Shown here: positions 31,657 through 41,145 of the stretch, in pieces
Layout: each line of letters begins with the position of its first letter
How positions within the stretch are numbered: the first letter of the stretch is position 1
DNA from: an uncultured Dactylococcopsis sp.
GTDB taxonomy: Bacteria; Cyanobacteriota; Cyanobacteriia; Cyanobacteriales; Rubidibacteraceae
Length of the DNA stretch: 59,423 nt
Reading direction: 5' to 3'
NCBI GenBank assembly: GCA_964489465.1
Contig: CAZAYV010000002.1
Location: forward strand, 1 to 59,423
The notes under the pieces: model-generated
What the model saw: the letters and a program-made list of their open reading frames with translations, nothing else
Database searches by the model: none
Told to the model about the DNA's origin: nothing
Made by a program: the position numbers and the translations under genes

Positions 31657-34329
31657 CTAGACAACTGCAGACAAAAAGCCTGAATCATCATTCAGTGCTA
31701 AGTAAGAGAGTTGCTCCTCGTTGCCGTGGCGGACTTCTGAATCGAGGGAGGTGTCTTCTCGAACAAGCGCTCCAAAACCGCTCTTAGTAATTTCAGTAAG
31801 ACGAGCATTGGCAGAATCCCAACCATTGTAAGAGCCAAGTTTAGCAATGAGTGCTGGATCGTTGCTAAAGCCGCCATCATCAAAGCTGAACGAGTCCTCA
31901 GTTTCATCAAATTGTGCACCAGTTGTACCGCCTTGTAGCACGATGTCGCCATTAGCGTCATTAACAGTACTCTGCTCAATCGCCAGCCAGCCGATGTTTT
32001 CTTCGTAATGACTACCATCATTTCTGGCTTCTTCTTCCTGCATCGCCAGTTTAAAGTCACTTGCGGTTTGATTTTTAGTTCGGGTTGTTACCCAGTCATC
32101 GCCATTATAGGTCTGAACTTGAGATAAAACTGTCGGTTTGTTGTCAAAGCCTGTGTCTGTCAAGTCAACTGTTTCAAAGCCTTGGGAGGTGAGCTTGCCT
32201 GAGTTGTAGTTGCTTGCCGAGAGACGAGTGCCATCTGCAAGGTCCCAATCTCCTTCTTCTATCACGACATACGAGACATCCTCATCAAAATGTTTTCCAT
32301 CTTCATTCTTAGGTTCCTGCAACCGAAGCTCGAAAGAGTCGTTCTTGACGTTTTTAATCCGTACTGTCGCTGGATCGCTCCCATTATATGTTGGATCCGA
32401 GGCAATCACTACAGGATTACTATAGCTTTGATCAAGCTCGATCGTTGCCCATTCATGATTGATGCTAACTTGACTATACTCACCGATATTTTTCAAGACT
32501 TGTTCCGACTCGACATCGTAGGTGCTACCGTCTCCAAACTTGAACTGCTCAATATTTTTAAGCTTATCTTCGGTGTCACTGTCAGTGATGTGGATGTCAT
32601 ATTCACTGTCCTTGGGATCCGTGTCGATGGTATAGTCATCATAGTCGCCGGAAAAGATAGCCGTATCCTGGCCGTCACCGCCATTAAGCGTATCATTCCC
32701 TCCTAACCCCGTGAAGGTGTTGTTTTTGTCATCACCTGTGATAGTGTCATTATGCTTCGTTCCAATAATGTTCTCTATATTGTACAAATCATCTTGAGAG
32801 CCCCAACCATCATCGGTAACTGCATTCTCATTCTCACTTAGATCAACATTAATTCCAGAGAAATTCTCGAGGTTAGCATCACCAGCATGAACACTATGCA
32901 GGTCATAAGATACGGTATTGGAGCCTTTGCCTCCATAGATTATGTCATCCCCTGCACTAGGCAAGAAGACATCGTCTCCACCGAAACCATACATTTCATC
33001 TGCATCATCTACATCTGGTTTGGGAGTCACTCCACCTGAACTGAGAGCGTGGTCATAAATGACATCACCGAAATTAGTTCCGTAGAGATAGTCATGATTA
33101 GGACTTCCCTGAACTTCTCTTCCCGAGTAAGCACCAAGAATAAGAAATTTATTGGTTTCTAAACCTTCCATATCCTCCAGTCCTAGGAAACTGTCGCTGT
33201 CGGGCTTACTGGAATCAATAGTTAAAGCATTATTGATTACGCTGTCTCTAAAGTCATTTTTAACTAAATTTTTCTCTACCTCTTCCTCGTCGAAAACTTC
33301 GGAAAAATCAAATTCTAGAGTAGCGAAAGTATCATTGCTATTATCCTCGCTGTATTGCAGAGATATCTCACTGTTCCCGTCGGTATCATCTGAAATAAAA
33401 ACATTGGAACTGCCTTGGGGTTGAAGCGGAATGATGACGACATCTTCGACGGGATTGAAGTCTTTAATCTGCGCCTTAGAGCTTTTTGCTGGCGAAGTAG
33501 AATTAGAAGAACTGTTGACAGACAGCTTTTCCTTGAACACATCGAAAACCATTGGCACCACTTCTTTAATCAGTTTCGACCCAGCAGGTAAACCCGTGAA
33601 CACTAAATCAGTTATATCTCCTGCTAGACTTAAGCCAAGGTTTGCCCAGTTAATTCCTCCTGTGTTGGCTGTGTTGGTGTTGCCCGAATCAACTTCTCCA
33701 AGAAGGAAAGTATCCGCTCCGCTTCCCCCATTCAGGGTGTCCTTTTGATCACCTCTCAAGGGACCTGAAGAGAGGAAGTCGTTGCCTTCGCCTCCATAAA
33801 GCTTATCGGTTCCCTTTGCTCCCTTCAAGATATCGTTGCCTTTTTCTCCCCTGAGAGTGTCGTCACCTCTACCTCCCATCAAGAAATCGTCACCATCTCC
33901 TCCGTTTAAGTAATCACGACCTCTGCCTCCATAGAGGCGATCGCTTCCTCCGTCTCCTATCAAGACATCTCCATCCTTTCCTCCTATCAAGATATCGTCA
34001 CCATTTCCTCCATCTAAGTTATCGTGACCTTTGCCTCCATAGAGGCGATCCTCACCATTTCCTCCATAGAGGCGATCCTCACCCTTTGCTCCTTTGAGAG
34101 TGTCGTCGCCCTTTTTTCCACGGATAGATTCATCTTCTACGTTGCCAATGATGGTATTTCCTTTGGAGTTGCCGACAATTTTGCCATAGTATCGGTACTC
34201 TTCAATCAGGTATGTATCTGTGACGAGTTCAATGTCGTAGTCGTTTTCAAAAAACTTCCAGTGATTAGGTAAGTTAAACTTTCCTATGTCCTTGTATTGT
34301 TTCTCTGGGGTGGGACCAGGATCGGGCAT
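31657..34329 (-). CDS. RTX-type Ca-binding secreted protein with three C-terminal beta-rich (H-type lectin-like) repeats
   Basis: Many GGxGxDxLx nonapeptides; C-terminal units of the form P.V....TYNG.D...R......F....QE.....H..E...(Y/W). Confidence 0.85.
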   Translation of the reverse strand: MPDPGPTPEKQYKDIGKFNLPNHWKFFENDYDIELVTDTYLIEEYRYYGKIVGNSKGNTIIGNVEDESIRGKKGDDTLKGAKGEDRLYGGNGEDRLYGGKGHDNLDGGNGDDILIGGKDGDVLIGDGGSDRLYGGRGRDYLNGGDGDDFLMGGRGDDTLRGEKGNDILKGAKGTDKLYGGEGNDFLSSGPLRGDQKDTLNGGSGADTFLLGEVDSGNTNTANTGGINWANLGLSLAGDITDLVFTGLPAGSKLIKEVVPMVFDVFKEKLSVNSSSNSTSPAKSSKAQIKDFNPVEDVVIIPLQPQGSSNVFISDDTDGNSEISLQYSEDNSNDTFATLEFDFSEVFDEEEVEKNLVKNDFRDSVINNALTIDSSKPDSDSFLGLEDMEGLETNKFLILGAYSGREVQGSPNHDYLYGTNFGDVIYDHALSSGGVTPKPDVDDADEMYGFGGDDVFLPSAGDDIIYGGKGSNTVSYDLHSVHAGDANLENFSGINVDLSENENAVTDDGWGSQDDLYNIENIIGTKHNDTITGDDKNNTFTGLGGNDTLNGGDGQDTAIFSGDYDDYTIDTDPKDSEYDIHITDSDTEDKLKNIEQFKFGDGSTYDVESEQVLKNIGEYSQVSINHEWATIELDQSYSNPVVIASDPTYNGSDPATVRIKNVKNDSFELRLQEPKNEDGKHFDEDVSYVVIEEGDWDLADGTRLSASNYNSGKLTSQGFETVDLTDTGFDNKPTVLSQVQTYNGDDWVTTRTKNQTASDFKLAMQEEEARNDGSHYEENIGWLAIEQSTVNDANGDIVLQGGTTGAQFDETEDSFSFDDGGFSNDPALIAKLGSYNGWDSANARLTEITKSGFGALVREDTSLDSEVRHGNEEQLSYLALNDDSGFLSAVV

Positions 34330-34488
34330 GGTTTTTGTTCCTCCTAAAAATCTATCGCTCTTCTTGACTCTATGTAGAGAACAAAAAATTTATGCACTCT
34401 ATAAACTGACAGTTTTGAGATCTACATCATGAAATGGGTTTATCGTTAGTTTTTGGTTGCCTTCAGTAACACTCACTGAATTAAGTGA

Positions 34489-34760
34489 CTCACCGTTCGC
34501 TCAAATTTCTGAGCCATTCAGAATGATAAGGGCGGAAAAGTTTACGGTATAAGGGTTTCAAAAGATATAGAGGGGAGTAAGCCAGAAAAAATTGGTAAAA
34601 AGCGATCGCGCTGCTAAGGTTTTTCAAACCCCATCACTCCGTTGCCAGGGGGATCGGAAAAATTTCCCTCTGTCTCCTCTCAAATGGCTGAAAGCCTTGT
34701 ATAGAAAGGTGTTAACTTCATTGATTAAGCCACTCAATTTTAAAATGAGCGAACGGTGAG
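34489..34760. mobile_element. 272-bp MITE with 15-bp terminal inverted repeats and 6-bp target duplication
   Basis: TIR CTCACCGTTCGCTCA (34489-34503) / TGAGCGAACGGTGAG (34746-34760); AAGTGA directly flanks both ends (34483-34488, 34761-34766). Confidence 0.85.
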
Positions 34761-34842
34761 AAGTGAAGAAAGACAAGATCACTAAAGTTCCCCTCTCCGA
34801 GTGGGAAGAGGGGAGAAATTAATCACTTAAGAGGTCATCGCT

Positions 34843-35316
34843 TTACGACTGTTGGCTTCCTGCGATGGCTTGGTTAGATTGACCACCGAGGTTAATTTTT
34901 ACTTTGTGGTTCACTGCATCTTCCACTTTCGGTAGACGCAAGCTAAGGATACCGTTGCTGTAATCCGCTTCTACCTGATCTTGTTTGATCCCAACGGGTA
35001 AGCCAATGGTACGACTGAACTTACCATATTGGAACTCAGAACCATAGCTGTGCTCATTCTGATTTTCATGGCGATATTCGCCACTAATGGTTACAGAATC
35101 GCGGTTGACAGTAACATCAATGTCATCAGGATTAAGACCCGGTAGTTGCGCTTTTAGCATGAGGTTTTCCCCAGCGTCATTTAGCTCGATCGCGGGATTC
35201 CATTCTTGGAGATCAAATGCGCCGCTGCGATCGCCGGTCATTTCATCAAAGAGGCGATCCATTTGACGACGGAAAAGTTCCATATCAGCCGTAGGATTCC
35301 AGCGTGCAAGTGCCAT
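34843..35316 (-). CDS. hspA: Small heat shock protein Hsp20
   Basis: MALARWNP, RQMDRLFD, PAIEL, SEFQYGKFSRTI.LP, YSNGILSLRLPK. Confidence 0.92.
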   Translation of the reverse strand: MALARWNPTADMELFRRQMDRLFDEMTGDRSGAFDLQEWNPAIELNDAGENLMLKAQLPGLNPDDIDVTVNRDSVTISGEYRHENQNEHSYGSEFQYGKFSRTIGLPVGIKQDQVEADYSNGILSLRLPKVEDAVNHKVKINLGGQSNQAIAGSQQS

Positions 35317-35543
35317 AGAGCTTTCACCTCCTAAAGGTTATTCACCATTTACACTGCTTTGCATAGCCTCTTAGTTCAATTTTTATCTTGGCAAACCGAA
35401 AGAGAAAAAAACAGTGAGGTGAACCGAAATAGGAGAGTAGATTTCACCGTAATGGGGGAAGGGAGAGGGGGAGACAGGGGAGAACAGATCAGCACACTCA
35501 TCCCTCAAGACAAGATTGATCGCCCACTACTATTCCCTATTCC

Positions 35544-37568
35544 CTATTCCCGAATGACGCCATCTTCAACAGTCTGAATATTCTCAAAAGTATCCGCCGA
35601 TCCATCCCAGTTGAAACCATTGATGCGGATCGAAACCGAACCAATTTCTTGTGTGGGATTGTAGCGGAGACGCAGGTTGTAAGTGCGGCGGGAATATTCG
35701 AGGATAAAGTCACTACTAATCACTTCTCCGTCATCGAGGTTGATTGAGGCTTGAACCCCTCCCAAAACAGGACCATAAATTTGCTGTAGAACTCCTAACG
35801 ATAATCGTCTGCGATCAACCAAACGATCAAATTTAAATGGAGATTCCCCTTCGCCTAGAGCTTGAGTATAAGTCACATTAAAACTGGTGTAATCCAGAAC
35901 ATTTTTTGAGAAGTGACCCAACTGTCCTGTTAAACCTAAACTCAGGCTAAGGGAGTTTTGATCGTCGCCGTTGCTGTAAAGACTTGTCACCCCGGTCACT
36001 CCTGTTTGTAAACGAAGATTAGGACGCACCGGAGTGGGGGTATATCGTAATCCTTCCTCTTGGGTCGCCGGTAGGGGGTTTCCTTGCCAAAGCGAGGTTC
36101 CCCAATTCAACTCTGTTGCCGCTTGATAGCGTGTCAAGGTTACTCGGTCATTTTCGCGGTTGGGTTCTAAAAGTTCCTGCACATCTGTTTCCGCATTAAC
36201 GCGCTGCACTCCCCCTTGGTATCGGAAATTAATCCCACTATCACCTAAAGTAAAGTTGGGAGAAGCAATGACAGCGCCAATACTACTTTGTACCGTTTGA
36301 AAGCCCAGGGAACCATTAAACAGACGATCGCGATAGCTGGCTTCTAAATTGAGACGATGCTGTCCCCTCTCTCGTCCCACAGCTTGTTGTAAGCGGATAC
36401 TCCCCCGTAAATTATCTTCCAACACATCTTCTTCAAATCCAGTCATTTCTCCCCTTACCCTTAATGTAGTGCGAGGGCTAAACTGTCCTGTCAGTTCTCC
36501 TTGAATTCCCAATACTCCCGGATCAGCAATGGAATCATCGAGGAAGGCTTGTTGCACAAAATACTGAGGGGTCACACTAAAATTCCACTGCGGGGTGTTA
36601 AAAACTGTAAACTCCCTTTCGATATATAAGCCACCGCGATCATCAGAATCAAAGCCAAAATTAATAATACCAGGCGGTCGTTCCCGTTGATCCAACACAA
36701 TGCGATTGCGCGGAATCGGAACCGACAACCCATCATCAAAGACTAAACGTTGATCAGAGGTGATAATTTCATCTCGTAAGGGTCCTAGTTGACGAAACTC
36801 AGCCGTATCCGCACGAACTTCCAATTCCGGTGGGGAAAACGGGTCATTGGTCAGGCGAACGTTAGTTGCCGTCCAGTTTCCCCCATCAATCACAATTTCC
36901 TCTGCTGCAAAGCGCAAGCGATTAATTCCGCCGCCCGTCTCGGGAACAGAAAAGTTTTCTATTCCTGCGCCTCCCCCGGCCCCAAACTGATATTGAGTGT
37001 CTTGAGTTACATCTTGAATGGGCGGTTCAGCGAGGGGGGTTGCTGGTAATGTTGCTGCGGTGCCACCACTTAAACCAAATGATACATCTCGGGCGAGGGT
37101 GGGTTGATACACTTCTCCACTGCCGTTTTGGATAACCCCTTCATCTTGCAGAAAATTGTATTCAAAGCGATCACCATTTAAAACTTGTTCCCCGCGCCGG
37201 AAGCTAATATTTCCCGTTCCCACTGCCAACCGAGTTGCCGTATTAATTTTTAACTCATCGGCGACTAAAACTCCCTGCGCAAACCGAACCGTCACATTTC
37301 CTTCTGCTGTGATGACCTGAGTTTGAGGATTATAGGTTTGGCGATCTGCCATGACTTCTAGCACCCCTTGGGGAGAATCTGTCTCTCCCTGGGCAATTTG
37401 CCATCGTCGTGTTTTTCCTCCTCTAATTTGAATCTGAACATGAGTAATTTTCTGTCCAGTCTTAACTCGATTTAGGGGTTCGATTAGGGCAATCTGAGAC
37501 TCGGTTTTTGCCGGAACAACGGTTTCTAGCTTGGGTTGGGAAAGAGGGGAAACATCAGCAAATAGCAT
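35544..37568 (-). CDS. LptD/OstA-like outer-membrane assembly protein (DUF3769 type)
   Basis: OstA-like N-terminus (ADRQTY...AEGNVTVRF), TNDPFSPPEL, beta-barrel-like C-terminus. Confidence 0.8.
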   Translation of the reverse strand: MLFADVSPLSQPKLETVVPAKTESQIALIEPLNRVKTGQKITHVQIQIRGGKTRRWQIAQGETDSPQGVLEVMADRQTYNPQTQVITAEGNVTVRFAQGVLVADELKINTATRLAVGTGNISFRRGEQVLNGDRFEYNFLQDEGVIQNGSGEVYQPTLARDVSFGLSGGTAATLPATPLAEPPIQDVTQDTQYQFGAGGGAGIENFSVPETGGGINRLRFAAEEIVIDGGNWTATNVRLTNDPFSPPELEVRADTAEFRQLGPLRDEIITSDQRLVFDDGLSVPIPRNRIVLDQRERPPGIINFGFDSDDRGGLYIEREFTVFNTPQWNFSVTPQYFVQQAFLDDSIADPGVLGIQGELTGQFSPRTTLRVRGEMTGFEEDVLEDNLRGSIRLQQAVGRERGQHRLNLEASYRDRLFNGSLGFQTVQSSIGAVIASPNFTLGDSGINFRYQGGVQRVNAETDVQELLEPNRENDRVTLTRYQAATELNWGTSLWQGNPLPATQEEGLRYTPTPVRPNLRLQTGVTGVTSLYSNGDDQNSLSLSLGLTGQLGHFSKNVLDYTSFNVTYTQALGEGESPFKFDRLVDRRRLSLGVLQQIYGPVLGGVQASINLDDGEVISSDFILEYSRRTYNLRLRYNPTQEIGSVSIRINGFNWDGSADTFENIQTVEDGVIRE

Positions 37569-37678
37569 TTATTGATTGACGGGTGAAAATCTGTCATGAG
37601 TTGCTTACAGGTTGAGTATCATTGGAGCAGAAAGCACCGTTATTATCAATTCTTTGTGTCTCACTTTTTTATTTGACC

Positions 37679-38626
37679 ATGAACAATTTAGCCATTGAAA
37701 CCCGTGGATTAACCAAGCAATATGATCGCCAACTGGCGGTTTATGATGTTGATTTAACCATTGAGACAGGAGAAGTTTATGGGTTAATTGGTCCCAACGG
37801 CGCTGGCAAGACGACCCTAATCCAGATGCTAGCAGGGATTGAAGAGCCAACAGTAGGAGAAGTGTATTGGTTTGATGAACCGGTCCGCTTCCATCAATCT
37901 TATTTCCCTTTCAAGCGTCGCTTAGGCTATCTTCCCGATGATTTTCCCCTTTATGACGATCTCACCGTTTGGGATTATTTAGAGTATTTTGGTCGGCTTT
38001 ATTATCTGCGTCAACCCCAATTACGACGGCGATTAGAAGAAGTTTTAGAGTTAGTTCAACTCACCTCTAAACGCAATAGTTTGATTGCCACTTTATCCCG
38101 AGGGATGCGTCAACGGTTGAGTTTAGCGCGAACCATTATTCATGAACCGATTTTATTACTGTTAGATGAACCCGTTTCCGGTCTTGATCCGATGTCTCGT
38201 CAACAATTTCGAGAAATTATTAAGGTTTTACAAGAAGCCGGAATGACAATTTTAATTTCTTCTCATGTCCTCAGTGATCTTGCCGAAATTTGCAGCTCGA
38301 TTGGTATTATGGAGTTAGGATATTTAGTGGAAAGTACCTCTTTAAAAGATCTTTATCAACGGTATTCCCAACAAGAATTAATTATTTCTACCGTTGATCG
38401 GGTTGAGGAATTGGCAGAGATTTTACCGCGCTTTCAAGGCGTAGAAACCTATGAAATTATGCCCACAGAAAAACGGATCAAAGTTGAATTTAGCGGTACT
38501 GAAGCCAATAAATCCGACCTGCTGCGATCGCTGCTTGATTTAGGCTTCAAAATTACTGAATTCCATACACAAGAACAAAATTTAGAAAAGTTATTTTTGC
38601 AACTGGATCATCAACAACCATCTTAA
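37679..38626 (+). CDS. ABC-2-type transporter ATP-binding protein
   Basis: GPNGAGKTT, LSRGMRQR, LLLDEP, SSH. Confidence 0.92.
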   Translation: MNNLAIETRGLTKQYDRQLAVYDVDLTIETGEVYGLIGPNGAGKTTLIQMLAGIEEPTVGEVYWFDEPVRFHQSYFPFKRRLGYLPDDFPLYDDLTVWDYLEYFGRLYYLRQPQLRRRLEEVLELVQLTSKRNSLIATLSRGMRQRLSLARTIIHEPILLLLDEPVSGLDPMSRQQFREIIKVLQEAGMTILISSHVLSDLAEICSSIGIMELGYLVESTSLKDLYQRYSQQELIISTVDRVEELAEILPRFQGVETYEIMPTEKRIKVEFSGTEANKSDLLRSLLDLGFKITEFHTQEQNLEKLFLQLDHQQPS

Positions 38627-39198
38627 GTAATACTGAAATCAACCCCTTCATACAAATCAAGTACAGAAATAGCAAAATCCAAACCTTGCACCTGTATCGT
38701 CGCTTTCTCTTCTTGATACTCAGTTAATAACCACTGCTGATCATTTTGTTTGGTATATTGCATAATCTGATATCGGGTTTGGTCGATTAAAATATATTCT
38801 CTTAATTCAGGAATTGAGCGATAGGCTAAAAATTTATCGCCTTGATCATAATTTTTAGTGGATTGAGATAAGACTTCTGTAATTAAAATCGGATTCATGA
38901 CGGTGGTTGTTCCCTGATCTGCATAAACCGGTTCCCCAGCAATCACCATGACATCCGGATAGGTATATTGACGATAACGTGGAATCCAAACTTTAACATC
39001 ACCGATATAAACGCGATAATTTTGTTTCCTTAAGCCAAATTTGAGATGCGCATATAAATTCCCGGCAATTTCATTATGGTTCGTGGTTCCTCCAGTCATC
39101 AGAACAATTTCTCCATCACGATATTCATGTCTTTCTTCTGTGTTTTCTTCTAACTCTAAGTATTCTTCAGGTGTGTAAGATTGAGTTTTGGTCAGCAT
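38623..39198 (-). CDS. Uma2 (DUF820) family endonuclease
   Basis: YTPEEYL..E......EYRDG, YTYPDV, EVLSQST, YRSIPELREYILIDQ. Confidence 0.9.
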   Translation of the reverse strand: MLTKTQSYTPEEYLELEENTEERHEYRDGEIVLMTGGTTNHNEIAGNLYAHLKFGLRKQNYRVYIGDVKVWIPRYRQYTYPDVMVIAGEPVYADQGTTTVMNPILITEVLSQSTKNYDQGDKFLAYRSIPELREYILIDQTRYQIMQYTKQNDQQWLLTEYQEEKATIQVQGLDFAISVLDLYEGVDFSIT

Positions 39199-39441
39199 TA
39201 CTTTTTCTCTCCTTAAAAACGGAATTACTTGACAGAAGACTGCCTTGATTTTTAATCAGTCAATATTGATTTTTATCTTTATTTTGTGGGAATAATTTTA
39301 TGGTAGCAGTGGAAACAGGGTATACTGGAGCCAATTCTACGACGACTGAAATAGTTAGACAGATTGTCAACTGTCCATAGGGAGATGAATCCGAATTTCG
39401 GTCAGGAATTGAGAACGCAATCAGCGAGGAGTTGTTGTCGA

Positions 39442-41145
39442 ATGTTAGAAGCAGCGCGATCGCGCATCAGTGATTGGAATCCGCAACTGGTGCGAGAAAT
39501 TAAAGGACGTTGGAAAGGACGTAATCTTTCCATTGCAGTAGTCGCTTCTTTATTAAGCCAACTACTGATTTATCTCGGGTTTAGGGAGGAACTGCCAGCT
39601 ACGGTCAATCGCATCAATCGTTACTGTATTGGCACGCCTCCAGTAGAAGAGTTAAGTGCAGCCCAGATGCACAATCCACCGCATAATTATTGTTTAGAAG
39701 ATACGGCTGGGAATTTAATAATTAATTGGCCATTATGGTGGCTGGATTTATTTACTTGGTTAACCGCCGCTTTTTTAATTGTTCTCTTAACCGCAGGAAC
39801 GTATTTACTCATTAGCGACCTGGCCAAAGAAGAAGAAAGTGGAACCTTAAATTTTGTGCGTCTGAGTCCCCGTTCAACCACGAATCTTTTAGTGGGAAAA
39901 ATCTTAGGGGTTCCTATTTTAATTTATACGGTAATCGTGTTAGCCTTGCCCCTCCACTTGGTTGCCGGCCTAGCCGCAGAGATTCCCTTGACCCTAATTT
40001 TAGGATTTGATCTGGTTGTTGTTGCCAGTTGTGCCTTCTTTTTTAGTGCAGCACTCCTCTATGGCTTAGTAACGGCAGGATTAGGGAGTTTTCAAGCTTG
40101 GTTGGGAACCGGCATTGTCTTATTATTTCTCTGGTTAGCGACTCTCGGCGGCTACAGTAATTCCTTAGTCAGTAATGACCCATCTGACTGGTTGACCTTA
40201 TTTTATCCGGGAAAGGTTTTGCCCTATTTAATCGGACAAACCCCTCACTCTTTAGATACCATTGGCTATTTTAACCTCAAAGATGCCATGACCTTGCATT
40301 GGTATAATTTCCCCATTTGGAATCATGCCAGCAGCGCGATCGCGCTGTTAATTATTAATTATGCTTGGTGGACCTACTGGGTGTGGCACGGCTTAAATCG
40401 CCGCTTCCATAATGCCCATGCCACGCTTCTCAGTAAACCGAAAAGCTATTGGTTTACCGGGAGTGTCACGGTCTCTTTACTGGGTTTTATGACCTTGGAA
40501 GACTACAGCATTGTTCGCAATTTTCAAATCTTTTTTGCCATTGAATTAATGGTATTTTTATTACTCATTGTTGCCTTATCTCCCCATCGACAAACCTTAC
40601 AAGATTGGGCGAGATATCGACATCAAAAGCATCGCAAAGGGACCCGCAATTTAGTTGCCGATTTAATGCGGGGAGACGAAAGTCCAGCCAACGGCGCGAT
40701 CGCGCTGAACTTACTCTCTAATCTCTTAATCATCACCCCAGCGCTGCTGTTCTTCCCCCTGGGTAATGATCGCATCTCAGTTTTAGCAACGGTTTTGTCC
40801 GTGAGTAGTGCGTTCCTGGCTTATGCTTGCATCGCCCAACTGGTTTTACTGATGAAAACGCAGAAACGGAGTATCTTTGCCATCATTATCGTCAGTAGTG
40901 TGATGTTTATTCCCACGGCTGTCGGCAGTATTTTGCAACTGCCATCTGTCCTCACCTTTGCTTTTTTCCCCATTGCCACCGGGCAAATTTTAAGCACAAC
41001 CGGTCTTGGCTTGACCTTACTCGCCCAGTGGGTTGTCATTATTAGCTGTACGCTTCAACTGACTCGCCAACTGAAACAAGCGGGAGAATCGAATACAAAA
41101 GTCTTATTGGGGGAAGACAACCTCAAACACTCAATCTTGAGTTAA
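39442..41145 (+). CDS. ABC transporter permease-like multi-TM protein
   Basis: DWNPQLVREIKGR, EEESGTLNFVRLSP...GKILG; many TMs; ORF open from 39364. Confidence 0.8.
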   Translation: MLEAARSRISDWNPQLVREIKGRWKGRNLSIAVVASLLSQLLIYLGFREELPATVNRINRYCIGTPPVEELSAAQMHNPPHNYCLEDTAGNLIINWPLWWLDLFTWLTAAFLIVLLTAGTYLLISDLAKEEESGTLNFVRLSPRSTTNLLVGKILGVPILIYTVIVLALPLHLVAGLAAEIPLTLILGFDLVVVASCAFFFSAALLYGLVTAGLGSFQAWLGTGIVLLFLWLATLGGYSNSLVSNDPSDWLTLFYPGKVLPYLIGQTPHSLDTIGYFNLKDAMTLHWYNFPIWNHASSAIALLIINYAWWTYWVWHGLNRRFHNAHATLLSKPKSYWFTGSVTVSLLGFMTLEDYSIVRNFQIFFAIELMVFLLLIVALSPHRQTLQDWARYRHQKHRKGTRNLVADLMRGDESPANGAIALNLLSNLLIITPALLFFPLGNDRISVLATVLSVSSAFLAYACIAQLVLLMKTQKRSIFAIIIVSSVMFIPTAVGSILQLPSVLTFAFFPIATGQILSTTGLGLTLLAQWVVIISCTLQLTRQLKQAGESNTKVLLGEDNLKHSILS

